From: an uncultured Thermoleophilaceae bacterium
GTDB lineage: Bacteria > Actinomycetota > Thermoleophilia > Solirubrobacterales > Thermoleophilaceae
Length of the DNA: 64,000 nucleotides
Assembly: GCA_963733885.1 (NCBI GenBank)
Contig: CAVTES010000002.1
Span: forward strand, 43,896 to 107,895
Reading direction: 5' to 3'
Every line of letters starts with the position of its first letter. The first letter of the stretch is position 1. Both the position numbers and the translations under genes were made by a program. Shown in pieces: positions 39,701-48,262 of this stretch. The notes below the pieces were generated by a model that saw only the letters and a program-made list of their open reading frames with translations, made no database searches and was not told the DNA's origin.

Positions 39701-41971
39701 TCACCGCCCCGCCATCCGGCCGAGCAGCTCCGTCGCCCCCCTCTTGTTGAGCGGCTCGTTGAGGTTGCCGCACTTCGGCGACTGCACGCACGACGGGCAT
39801 CCCTCGCGGCAGGGGCATTCGGAGATCAGGCGCAGGGCGTCATCCACCAGCGCCTCGAAGCGCTCGAAGCCCACGCGCGTGATCCCAACGCCGCCGGGGT
39901 GGCCGTCGTAGATGAAGATCGTGGAGCGCCCCGTCTGCTGGTGAAAGGCGGTGGAGAGGCCGCCGATGTCCCAGCGGTCGCACATCGCGATCAACGGGAG
40001 CACCGCGATCTGTCCGTGCTCCGCTGCGTGCAGCGAGCCCTGGAGCAACTCCAGCGGGAATTCGTCGCGTAGAAGCGAATCGGGAAGCTCGTACCAGAGC
40101 GCCTGTGTGACGAAGTCCTGCTCCGGCATGTCGAGCGCCAGCAGGTCGAGCACGGAGTGGTCCGACACCCGCTTCTTCTGGTAGGCGACCACCTGCTCCG
40201 TGACCGACACGATCCCGAACGAGAGCGCCACCCCGCAGCACTCCCGGCGCTCGCGAACCTGCTCGATCCAGGTCTCCGACTCCTTCTTCGGCTGCGTGTA
40301 CCAGTCGCCGTCGAAGGGGCGCACGAGCGCACGGCGACCGGCCAGGTCGAGGTCCTCCACCTCGTAGGCGGCGCCCATATGGAGGTACACCGCGCCGGGA
40401 TGGACGGCCGAGGGGGCGCGGCCCGCTTCGGCCGTCCCGATCACCTCGCCGCCGGTCGACTCCACGATCGCCACGGAGTCGGGCGAGGCGGAGCGCAGCG
40501 CGATCCGCGCCGCCGGGTATCCCGGTCCGCGCGGCAGATAGCGCCCGCCGCGCTCGCGCAGCCGGCCCTGCTTCACGAGCCGTTGGGCGTGCTCCTCCCA
40601 GCGCTCCCCGAACACGTCCTCGTCCTCTGGCGTCAGCGGCAGCTCGTACGCCGCGGCGCTGAGGTGCGCGCCGTAGATCTCCTCCGACTCGTGGTCGAGG
40701 ATCGCCCGCTCCACCGGCCGCTCGAGGAACTCGTCCGGATGTCGGCAGAAGAACTGGTCGAGCGCGTCCTCACCCGCCACGTACATGGCGAGCCCGGTGT
40801 GGCGCCGCCCGGCCCGTCCCCACATCTGGCGCAGCGAGGCGACGGTGCCCGGGAACGTCACGCACAGGGCCGCGTCGAGGTCACCAACGTCGATGCCGAG
40901 CTCGAGCGCGTCCGTGGCCACCACGGCCAGCAGCTCGCCCTCGGCCAGGCGGCGCTCGATCTCCCGCCGCTGCGTGGGCGTGTAGCCGGCCCGGTAGGGC
41001 GCGATCCGCTCGGCCAGGTCGGGCCGCCCGGCGTCCTCCAGCCGCAGCCGCGCGAAGCGTTGGATCAGCTCCACGCCCCTGCGCGACTTCAGGAAGCAGA
41101 TCGTCCTTACACCGCGCTCCACGAGCCCGGCGAGGAGCATTGCAGCCTCCGACAGTGCCGAACCCCGCTTGCCCAATGCCTCGTCCACGAGCGGCGGGTT
41201 CCACATCACCACCTCGCGCTCGGCGTGCGGTGCCCCGTCGTGGTCGACCAGGTGCATGTCGAGGCCGGTGAGGCTCTCCGCCAGCTGGCGCGGGTTGGCG
41301 ATCGTGGCGCTCGTCAGGACGAAGCGGGGCTCGGCGCCGTAGGCGCGGGCGAGCCGCCGCAGCCGCCGCAGCACATTCGCCACATGCGACCCGAAGACGC
41401 CGCGGTACACGTGGGCCTCGTCGACCACCACCCAGGCGAGGTTCGCCAGCACGTCACCCCAGGAGCGGTGGTTCGGGAGGACGCCCACATGGAGCATGTC
41501 CGGATTGGTGAGGATGAGGTTCGAGCGCCGCCGGATCGCGGGGCGCTCCTCGCGCGGCGTGTCGCCGTCGTAGATCGCGTGCCGAAGGAAGCGGCCGCCC
41601 AGCTCCGACAGCTTGCGCGCCTGGTCCTGCGCGAGCGCCTTGGTGGGGTAGAGGTAGAAGGCGCGGGCCGCGATATCGGAGGCGAGCGTGTCGAGCACCG
41701 GCAGGTTGAAGGCGAGCGACTTTCCGCTCGCCGTGCCCGTGGTGACGATGGTGTGCCCGCGGCGGGCACACTCGAGCGCGTCGGCCTGGTGAGACCAGAG
41801 TGACTCGATTCCGGAACTCGTCAGAGCCTCGTGTACTGAAGGATGGACATCCTCGGGAAGCGGTGTAACGATTCCCGGGCTCGCGGCCTCCCGAGACGTC
41901 GCCACGAGTTCCTCCTCCGCCCCGGTTTCGAGGAGTGGCTCCCAAGGGTAGGTCGCCTGAACACGGTGCAC
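39701..41971 (-). CDS. DEAD/DEAH-box helicase with a C-terminal DUF1998 zinc module (MrfA/YprA-like)
   Basis: GTASGKSLAF (Walker A), DEAH, SATI, helicase C motifs, and C-terminal CPCREGCPSCVQSPKCGNLNEPL. Confidence 0.9.
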   Translation of the reverse strand: MHRVQATYPWEPLLETGAEEELVATSREAASPGIVTPLPEDVHPSVHEALTSSGIESLWSHQADALECARRGHTIVTTGTASGKSLAFNLPVLDTLASDIAARAFYLYPTKALAQDQARKLSELGGRFLRHAIYDGDTPREERPAIRRRSNLILTNPDMLHVGVLPNHRSWGDVLANLAWVVVDEAHVYRGVFGSHVANVLRRLRRLARAYGAEPRFVLTSATIANPRQLAESLTGLDMHLVDHDGAPHAEREVVMWNPPLVDEALGKRGSALSEAAMLLAGLVERGVRTICFLKSRRGVELIQRFARLRLEDAGRPDLAERIAPYRAGYTPTQRREIERRLAEGELLAVVATDALELGIDVGDLDAALCVTFPGTVASLRQMWGRAGRRHTGLAMYVAGEDALDQFFCRHPDEFLERPVERAILDHESEEIYGAHLSAAAYELPLTPEDEDVFGERWEEHAQRLVKQGRLRERGGRYLPRGPGYPAARIALRSASPDSVAIVESTGGEVIGTAEAGRAPSAVHPGAVYLHMGAAYEVEDLDLAGRRALVRPFDGDWYTQPKKESETWIEQVRERRECCGVALSFGIVSVTEQVVAYQKKRVSDHSVLDLLALDMPEQDFVTQALWYELPDSLLRDEFPLELLQGSLHAAEHGQIAVLPLIAMCDRWDIGGLSTAFHQQTGRSTIFIYDGHPGGVGITRVGFERFEALVDDALRLISECPCREGCPSCVQSPKCGNLNEPLNKRGATELLGRMAGR

Positions 41972-41993
41972 GGATTGCCATAGTACGACCGAG

Positions 41994-42884
41994 TTGATCC
42001 GCCCCTTTCACCACGCGCAGTTCCCCTTGGAGTTGCTACGCGAGCGCAAGCGGGGGACGGTCACGGTCGTGCTGCCGACGCGCGAGGTGGCCGACACGAT
42101 CGGGGAGATCATCGAGCGCCTGAGGTCGCTTGGCGACCTGATCGACCAGATCCTGGTGGTGGACGCCGCATCGCACGACGGCACCGCTGAGATCGCGGCG
42201 CGGCTGGGCGCGGACGTCCGCCAGGAATCCGAGCTGCTAGCGGAGTTCGGCCAGGCGCTCGGCAAGGGGGATGCAATGTGGCGGGCGCTCGCCGTCGCGC
42301 AGGGCGATCTCGTCGTCTACCTCGACTCCGATACCCGGCAGTTCTCGCCGCACTTCGCGACGGGCTTGCTCGGCCCGCTCATCTGCGAGAGCGAGATCCA
42401 GTTCGTGAAGGGGTACTTCCGGCGCCCCTTCATCACGCCGGACGGCGAGGAGCGGCCGCTCGACGGCGGGCGCGTGACCGAGCTGACGGCCCGCCCGTTG
42501 CTGTCCGCCTTCTATCCCGAGCTCGCCGCGTTCATCCAGCCGCTCGCGGGCGAGGTGGCCGGGCGGCGCTCCTTCTTGGACCGGCTGCCGTACGCGACCG
42601 GCTATGCCATCGAGACGTCGATGCTGCTCCACGCGCGAGACGCGCTCGGGGGTACCGAGGGCATGGCCCAGGTGGATCTCGAGGTGCGCCACAACCACCA
42701 TCAGCCGCTGCCGGCCCTCGGACCGATGGCTTACGCGGTGCTGCGAGTGGTGCTGGAGCGGCTGCGCTCGGACGGCCGCCTGGCCGACGACCACGCCCCG
42801 CCGCTCCAGACGGCGGACGGCCGCCTGATCCAGGTAGAGCTCGTGGAGCGGCCGCCGTATGCCACCCTGCGCGCCCGCGCCTGA
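41994..42884 (+). CDS. gpgS: Glucosyl-3-phosphoglycerate synthase (GT81)
   Basis: TTG start. VVLPTREVADTIGEII, VVDAASHDGT, LGKGDAMWRAL, YLDSDT, GRVTELTARPLL, PLAGEV. Confidence 0.83.
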   Translation: MIRPFHHAQFPLELLRERKRGTVTVVLPTREVADTIGEIIERLRSLGDLIDQILVVDAASHDGTAEIAARLGADVRQESELLAEFGQALGKGDAMWRALAVAQGDLVVYLDSDTRQFSPHFATGLLGPLICESEIQFVKGYFRRPFITPDGEERPLDGGRVTELTARPLLSAFYPELAAFIQPLAGEVAGRRSFLDRLPYATGYAIETSMLLHARDALGGTEGMAQVDLEVRHNHHQPLPALGPMAYAVLRVVLERLRSDGRLADDHAPPLQTADGRLIQVELVERPPYATLRARA

Positions 42885-42900
42885 GCGCACCTCTTGACAA

Positions 42901-43677
42901 ATGGCCATCCGTTGTGTCTACACCGACCTCGACGGCACCCTCCTCGGGAAGGGGGCGTCGCTATTCCGCACCGCGGAGGGCGAGTTCACCCTGCTCGCCG
43001 CGCGGGCTCTCGAGGCTTGCCACAGGGCCGGCGTGGAGGTGGTGATCAAGTCGGGGCGGCGGCGCGCCCAGGTCATGGAGGACGCGCGGCTGCTGGGCCA
43101 GACCTCGTACATCTTCGAGGTGGGCTCCGGCATGGTCGTGGACGGCGAGCTCACCTTCCTGACCGGCGACCTCCAGCCGCAGGACGGTCGCACGATCCAC
43201 CGGCAGATCGAGGAGACCGGCGCTCCCGCGCTCCTGCTCGACCAGTACGCGGGGAGGCTCGAGCATCACGCGCCCTGGCACGTCGATCGCGAGGTCTCGC
43301 ACCTGTTCCGCGGGCTGATCGACGCCCGCGAGGCGAACGAGCTGCTCGCCGCCGAGGGACACACCGGGCTGCGCCTGGTGGACAACGGCGAGATCGGCCC
43401 CGACACCCACACGTTCCACCTGATTCCGGCCGCGGCCTCGAAGGCCAGGGCGGTGAGGGCGCACATGCGGGCGCGGGGCTACGAGCCGGAGCAGTGCGTC
43501 GGAGTGGGGGACTCGCGCGAGGACCTCGAGGTCGCCGAGATCGTGGGCCGCTTCTTCCTGGTCGCGAACGCTGTGGTCGGCGACGCGCCGCTTCCACCGG
43601 GCGCCGAGCGCACCGAGGCGGCGATGAGCGAGGGCTTCTACGAGGCCGTCGTGCGCGCGCTTGCAGAGTCGCGCTGA
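42901..43677 (+). CDS. HAD-superfamily (Cof/IIB-like) phosphatase; possibly the glucosyl-3-phosphoglycerate phosphatase
   Basis: The DxD motif VYTDLDGTLL at the N-terminus and a late GDSREDLE. The function is inferred only from adjacency to gpgS. Confidence 0.75.
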   Translation: MAIRCVYTDLDGTLLGKGASLFRTAEGEFTLLAARALEACHRAGVEVVIKSGRRRAQVMEDARLLGQTSYIFEVGSGMVVDGELTFLTGDLQPQDGRTIHRQIEETGAPALLLDQYAGRLEHHAPWHVDREVSHLFRGLIDAREANELLAAEGHTGLRLVDNGEIGPDTHTFHLIPAAASKARAVRAHMRARGYEPEQCVGVGDSREDLEVAEIVGRFFLVANAVVGDAPLPPGAERTEAAMSEGFYEAVVRALAESR

Positions 43678-43762
43678 CTCGTAACATACGTTACGATCGA
43701 TTGAGCACCGCGGCGGAGGCCGGCCCAGGATGCGGCCGTTCCCGTCGCACGGGTGAGGCAGC

Positions 43763-43795
43763 ACGGGCGCTCCGCCGGAGCGCCCGTCGCTTTGG
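43763..43795 (+). terminator. Strong hairpin with a short T-run between the HAD gene and the catalase-related gene
   Basis: ACGGGCGCTCC-gcc-GGAGCGCCCGT (11-bp perfect stem) followed by CGCTTTGG. It ends 17 nt before the ATG at 43812. Confidence 0.5.
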
Positions 43796-43811
43796 CGGTT
43801 ATGGTCCGCAT

Positions 43812-44705
43812 ATGGACCCGCTCGCCGAGGAAGCGGTCGCCGCGATCAACGCGATCTCGGGGGTCCACGGCGGCCACCGTGCGGCGCACGCCAAGGGCTC
43901 GCTCCTGAGAGGCACCTTCACGCCCTCCGCCGAGGCGAGCGGCCTGACGACTGCGGCGCACATGCAGGGCGAGCCCTCCCGCGTGACCGTGCGCTTCTCG
44001 AACGGCGGCGGCGATCCGAGCATCCCCGACTACGCCCGCGAGAGCCGCGGCATGGCGGTCAAGTTCTATCTGGGCGACGGTGGCAAGACCGACATCGTCG
44101 CCCTCAGCCTGCCCTGCTTCTTCGTGCGAACGCCGGAGGACTTCCTCGCGTTGACAAAGGCGCGCCTCGAGCCCGAGAAGCTGATGCCGGACTTCCTCGG
44201 CGCCCACCCAGAGGCGCTGCCCGCGATCCAGGCCGCGCTCGGGGCCGACCTGCCCGAGAGCTACGCCACGTGCACCTACAACGCGATCCACTCCTACCGC
44301 TGGCTCGACGCCAGAGGCGGCTCGCGCTGGGTGCGCTACCGCTTCGAGCCCGAGGCCGGCGAGCGCAGCCTCCCTGGCGACGAGGCCAAGGCCCGTGGGC
44401 GGGACTACCTCCAGGAGGAGATCCTGGCCCGCGACGAGACCGCCTTCCGGCTGATCGTGATCGTCGGCGAGGAGGGCGACGCGGTCGACGACCCCACGGT
44501 CGAGTGGCCCGAGGAGCGCGAGCGGGTCGACGTGGGTCGGCTCGTGCTCACCGGCCCCGAGACCGAGCGGGAGCGCGACGGCGACATTCTCGTGTTCGAT
44601 CCCTCCCGGGTGACCGCAGGGATCGAGCTCTCAGACGACCCGATCCTGCACTTCCGGCCGCGCGCGTACTCGGCGTCGGTGGCGGAGCGCGCCGACACCG
44701 CCTAG
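43812..44705 (+). CDS. Catalase-related small haem protein (catalase-family peroxidase-like)
   Basis: The real start is the ATG at 43812, inside track ORF 42894..44705. RAAHAKGSLLRGTF, VRFSNGGGDP, RGMAVKFY, FDPSRV, RPRAYSAS. Confidence 0.8.
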   Translation: MDPLAEEAVAAINAISGVHGGHRAAHAKGSLLRGTFTPSAEASGLTTAAHMQGEPSRVTVRFSNGGGDPSIPDYARESRGMAVKFYLGDGGKTDIVALSLPCFFVRTPEDFLALTKARLEPEKLMPDFLGAHPEALPAIQAALGADLPESYATCTYNAIHSYRWLDARGGSRWVRYRFEPEAGERSLPGDEAKARGRDYLQEEILARDETAFRLIVIVGEEGDAVDDPTVEWPEERERVDVGRLVLTGPETERERDGDILVFDPSRVTAGIELSDDPILHFRPRAYSASVAERADTA

Positions 44706-44867
44706 CTGCAATGCCGGCGCTGGTCCTCAGCGTTCCGCTCGACGGGCCGACCGGGCGGGCGGGTGCAGACGCTGCCGAGGGAGTGCTTGTCGCCGTCGAG
44801 GATTCCGGCTCGCCGCCGCGGGCCGCCTCCGGGTGGAGCACGGTCGCTTCGTGCCCGCCTGAGGGCG

Positions 44868-45839
44868 CTACTCGATCAGCCGCCGTCCCGCCTCGCGCAG
44901 CTCGTCCAGTGTGGTGGCCTCGGTTACCGAAGCCAGGTCCAGGATGCGCTGCTCGAACGGCTCGAGTCCGATCGAGCCGACCAGGGCGTGACAGGTCACC
45001 CCGTTCTGGCGGCAGCGGGTGGCCACCTCGCCGACGATCTTGCCCTCCAGCGTCTGCTCGTCGATGCGGCCCTCGCCGGTCACCACGAACGCCGCGGCTC
45101 GCATGCGCTCGTCGAAGCCGATCGCGTCGAGCACGAACGAGGCGCCGTGGTGGAGGCGGGCGTCGTGCTTCGCCCAGAGGCCGCCCGACAGCCCGCCGGC
45201 GGCGCCGGTCATGGGCTGACCGCGCGGGTCACGGCGGAACGTGCTCGCGAGGGTGTCGAGGCGGCCCTCCAGCCGCTTCACCACCCTGGCGTCCGCGCCT
45301 TTCTGGGGGGCAAACACTCGCGGCGCCAGCTCGAACGGGGTGCGGACGTCGCAGAGCACGTCGAGGTCGACCCGCACTCCGGCGTCGCTGAGCGCCTCGA
45401 GCGCGCCGGCGCCGCCGTCGGTGGTGGCGGACCCGCCCACGGTCACGATCACGCGCTCGGCGCCCGCCTCAACGGCGGCCACGATCAGCTCCCCCGTGCC
45501 GCGCGTGGAGGCGGACCAGGCGTCGCGCTCGTCCTCCTCGACCAGGCCGAGGCCGCTCGCCTGCGCGGTCTCCACGATGGCGGCGCGGCCGCCGTCGATC
45601 AGGGCGAACGTGGCCTGCACGGGCCGGCCGAGCGGATCGCTCGCGTCCACCGTGCGCCGCTCGCCGCCGAGCGTGGCGAGCAGGACGTCCATCGTGCCCT
45701 CGCCGCCGTCGGCCACTGGAAGCTCCTCGGCTTCGTGCCCGGCCTCACGCAGGCCGGCGGCGACGGCCCCGGCGACCTCCGGGGCGGAGAAGGTGCCCTT
45801 GAAGGAATCGGGCGAGACGAGCGCGGAATGCTCAGCCAA
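44868..45839 (-). CDS. Glycerate kinase
   Basis: Trimmed to the TTG at 45839, which overlaps the macro-domain stop. SPDSFKGT, PVADGGEGT, GGSATTDGGAG, TGEGRID. Confidence 0.87.
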   Translation of the reverse strand: MAEHSALVSPDSFKGTFSAPEVAGAVAAGLREAGHEAEELPVADGGEGTMDVLLATLGGERRTVDASDPLGRPVQATFALIDGGRAAIVETAQASGLGLVEEDERDAWSASTRGTGELIVAAVEAGAERVIVTVGGSATTDGGAGALEALSDAGVRVDLDVLCDVRTPFELAPRVFAPQKGADARVVKRLEGRLDTLASTFRRDPRGQPMTGAAGGLSGGLWAKHDARLHHGASFVLDAIGFDERMRAAAFVVTGEGRIDEQTLEGKIVGEVATRCRQNGVTCHALVGSIGLEPFEQRILDLASVTEATTLDELREAGRRLIE

Positions 45840-46329
45840 CCGCTTCGCGGAACGCCCGCTCCGCCTCCGCGCCGTGCACGGCAAACACGATCCGCTCGAG
45901 CTCCCCGGAGTGCGAGCGAGCGGCGCCGGCCATCAGGCGCGCCGCCTCGTCCACGGGGAATCCGCCCACCCCGGTCCCGAACGCAACGAGAGCGAGCGAG
46001 CGGCAGCCGAGCTCCTCCGCCCTTGCGAGCGTCGACAGCGTGGCCCGCTCGATGATGTCGGCGGAGGTCGGCCCACCGAGCTCCATCGTGGCCGCGTGGA
46101 TGACCCAACGGGCGGGCATCTCGCCGGCGGTGGTCTCGACAGCCTCGCCCAGCCCGATCGGCGCCCGTTCGTCGGACTCGCGCTGCACCGCCGGCCCGCC
46201 CGCACGGGAGATCGCCCCGGCCACGCCGCCGCCGTGCCTCAGCTGGGTGTTGGCGGCGTTGGCGATCGCATCCACGTCCAGCTTCGTCACGTCCGCCGCG
46301 ATGACCTCGAGCTCCGCCACCGGGCACAT
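45832..46329 (-). CDS. Macro-domain protein (ADP-ribose / O-acetyl-ADP-ribose binding or hydrolase)
   Basis: DITKL-like DVTKLDVDAIANAANTQLRHGGGVAGAI, VIHAATM, AFGTGVGGFP. Confidence 0.87.
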   Translation of the reverse strand: MCPVAELEVIAADVTKLDVDAIANAANTQLRHGGGVAGAISRAGGPAVQRESDERAPIGLGEAVETTAGEMPARWVIHAATMELGGPTSADIIERATLSTLARAEELGCRSLALVAFGTGVGGFPVDEAARLMAGAARSHSGELERIVFAVHGAEAERAFREAVG

Positions 46330-46586
46330 GCTGACGAATTGGGCGCGACCGCGAAGCTAGCTCAGGGAGACACGGCCGTGCCGAGGGAGTCGGCGCCCAG
46401 GAACTTCGGGGTGCCCTCCTCGTAGAAGACGTCCGGTTCCAGAGGCGGCGCTCAGCTCGTGCTCGAGCTCGTGCTCGAGCTTGTGGGTGCGCTCTAGCCG
46501 CCGCGCTGACGCGGCCCGAAGCGGCAGACTTTCGTGCACACTTGGCCTTACGGGGTTGTCGGCTTGCCGGGTCTGCGGTCTGATCG

Positions 46587-47849
46587 TTGCCGAGGGTGGC
46601 CCGATCGATCCTCAACACCTTTTCGACGATCGAGCTCGTCGTGCTGGGCGTGGGCGGCATGGTGCTGCTGACGGTGGTCGGCGTGCTGGTGGCGCGGCGC
46701 CTTTTCCCGCGGCTGGCCGACAGCGAGTTCGAGCCGGTCGCCGACAGCCTACGGGTGGTCTACGAGCTGATCTTCGCGCTGATCCTCGCCTTCGTGATCG
46801 CCTCCGTGCTGGACGAGATCGGCAACGCCGAGACGGCCGTCGCAGGGGAGGCGACGACGATCAGTGCGCTGGTGCGGGCCAACGACACGCTTCCCGAGGA
46901 AGACCGGCTGCGGCTGGACACCGCCGTGGGCCGGTACGTGCAAGCCGTCGCCAACAACGAGTGGGAGACGATGAAAGACGGCGAGGCCAGCCCGCTGGCG
47001 ACCTCTGCGCTGGAGGGCATGTACGCCGAATACCGCGAGGTCGAGCCGGACGACTCCGCCGCGCAGAGCGAGGCCTACAGCCAGGCGTGGAGCGACCTGG
47101 AAGAGGTGGGCACCAAGCGGCGGGAGCGGCTCGACATCGCGGCTGCCGACCTGCCGTCGATCCTGCGCGTGCTCGTCGTCGTCGGGCTCGTCCTGCTGCT
47201 TGTGCTGGAGTACCGCCCGCAGCTGTCGCCGGTCGCCGGGCTGGTCTTCATGGGAACGTTGGCGATGGTCGTGACGTCGGCGTTCCTGCTCACGGTCATC
47301 CTCAACTACCCGTTCGCAGGGGACGTGTCGGTCAGCAACGAGCCGCTAAAACAGCACAACCTCACGCGGTTCTGGAGCGAGGACCTCGCCTATCGACCCA
47401 AGCCCGGTGATGAGCGGCAGCCGCTGACGGCGCAGCGGTTGGAGGGCGTCTACGGCTCCACCGCCTACGGAACCCTCGTGCTGCAATGCCACCACGACGG
47501 TCCGGACCACAAGGTGAAGAAGTGTGGGCCGCGCGACCGCCGCATGCGCGGCGTGTACCGCTACGCCAACGGCACCGTGACGGGGGAGGTCGTGGACGAC
47601 GTCTTCCGCGGCTGGTGGACCCAGGACCCCTCGCACCGCAAGCACGACGATGCCGGGTGTTTCAGGCTGCGGCTCTTCAACACCTCGGACGGGCCGCCTA
47701 TCGTCGGCAGCTGGAGCTACCGCCACGAGAAGCCGTTAGAACCCGGCTGGGACCTCGAGGAGCTCGGCGGCGCCCGGCCGCCGGACCTGGTGAAGCGTCT
47801 GAAGGATCCGAAAACCTTCATCGAGGACCCGAGCGGGCGGAAGTGCTGA
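46587..47849 (+). CDS. DUF4239-family membrane protein with a ~160-aa C-terminal soluble extension
   Basis: N-terminal helix, VANNEWETM, two C-terminal helices ending NYPFAGDVSVSNEPL (family-typical), then a Cys/His-containing extension (LQCHHDGPDHKVKKCGPRD...). Confidence 0.7.
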   Translation: MPRVARSILNTFSTIELVVLGVGGMVLLTVVGVLVARRLFPRLADSEFEPVADSLRVVYELIFALILAFVIASVLDEIGNAETAVAGEATTISALVRANDTLPEEDRLRLDTAVGRYVQAVANNEWETMKDGEASPLATSALEGMYAEYREVEPDDSAAQSEAYSQAWSDLEEVGTKRRERLDIAAADLPSILRVLVVVGLVLLLVLEYRPQLSPVAGLVFMGTLAMVVTSAFLLTVILNYPFAGDVSVSNEPLKQHNLTRFWSEDLAYRPKPGDERQPLTAQRLEGVYGSTAYGTLVLQCHHDGPDHKVKKCGPRDRRMRGVYRYANGTVTGEVVDDVFRGWWTQDPSHRKHDDAGCFRLRLFNTSDGPPIVGSWSYRHEKPLEPGWDLEELGGARPPDLVKRLKDPKTFIEDPSGRKC

Positions 47850-47959
47850 GCCCAGCGTCATCCGCCGCGAAAGGCCTCCCGCGAGCCAGTCGCCGGCGAT
47901 GGCCGGACGACCTTCGCGTCGAGGAGCAACGGGCCGTTCGGTTTCGCCCGCGATGCCGA

Positions 47960-48208
47960 TCAGCCCGCCGGGCGGCGGCGACCTCGACCGGACCTCCAGC
48001 GGGCACAACCACCCTGATCGGAGACTGCCCGATCGGGCAGACAGATGCCTCGATCCTTGTTGCCTCGAAGAAAGCGCGATCTATCCTCGTACGTCTCGAT
48101 GAAGGACTCCCACGGCGACGGCGAATGGGAGACATCGCCCGCGAAGGGTTTCTGCAGCGCGAAGATCAAGAAGAGCACGAACCCCGTCAGCAGGGCGGTT
48201 GCGCCCAC
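47960..48208 (-). pseudogene. Orphan 3' fragment duplicated from the DUF4239 gene at 48263..49492
   Basis: It encodes GATALLTGFVLFLIFALQKPFAGDVSHSPSPWESFIETYEDRS. The parent gene has GATALLTGFVLFLIFALQKPFAGDVSISTAPWENFIETYEDRL. Weaker, frame-broken similarity to the parent C-terminal domain continues toward ~47870 (GGPVEV / RS.R.PPGG.L.I patterns in other frames). Confidence 0.6.
48084..48208. repeat. Direct repeat copy A (125 nt, about 92% identical to 48627..48751)
   Basis: By-eye alignment. The last ~62 nt (GGTTTCTGCAGCGCGAAGATCAAGAAGAGCACGAACCCCGTCAGCAGGGCGGTTGCGCCCAC) are identical in both copies. Confidence 0.85.
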
Positions 48209-48262
48209 TGATGCACGGAAGGCTGGGTCTCGGCAGGTAAGTAGCAGGGCGGGACGACGGGG

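Noticed and set aside
39701-41971. Helicase plus DUF1998 as a DISARM-like defence module
   Set aside because: The two domains are fused in one MrfA/YprA-type protein. No PLD nuclease, methyltransferase or other drm genes are adjacent, so the context is housekeeping.
46357-46539. 60-aa ORF with ELEHELEHEL, arising from the tandem GCTCGTGCTCGA duplication
   Set aside because: It lies in the divergent promoter region between the macro-domain and DUF4239 genes. The composition and the short repeat explain the ORF, and the other frames have in-frame stops.
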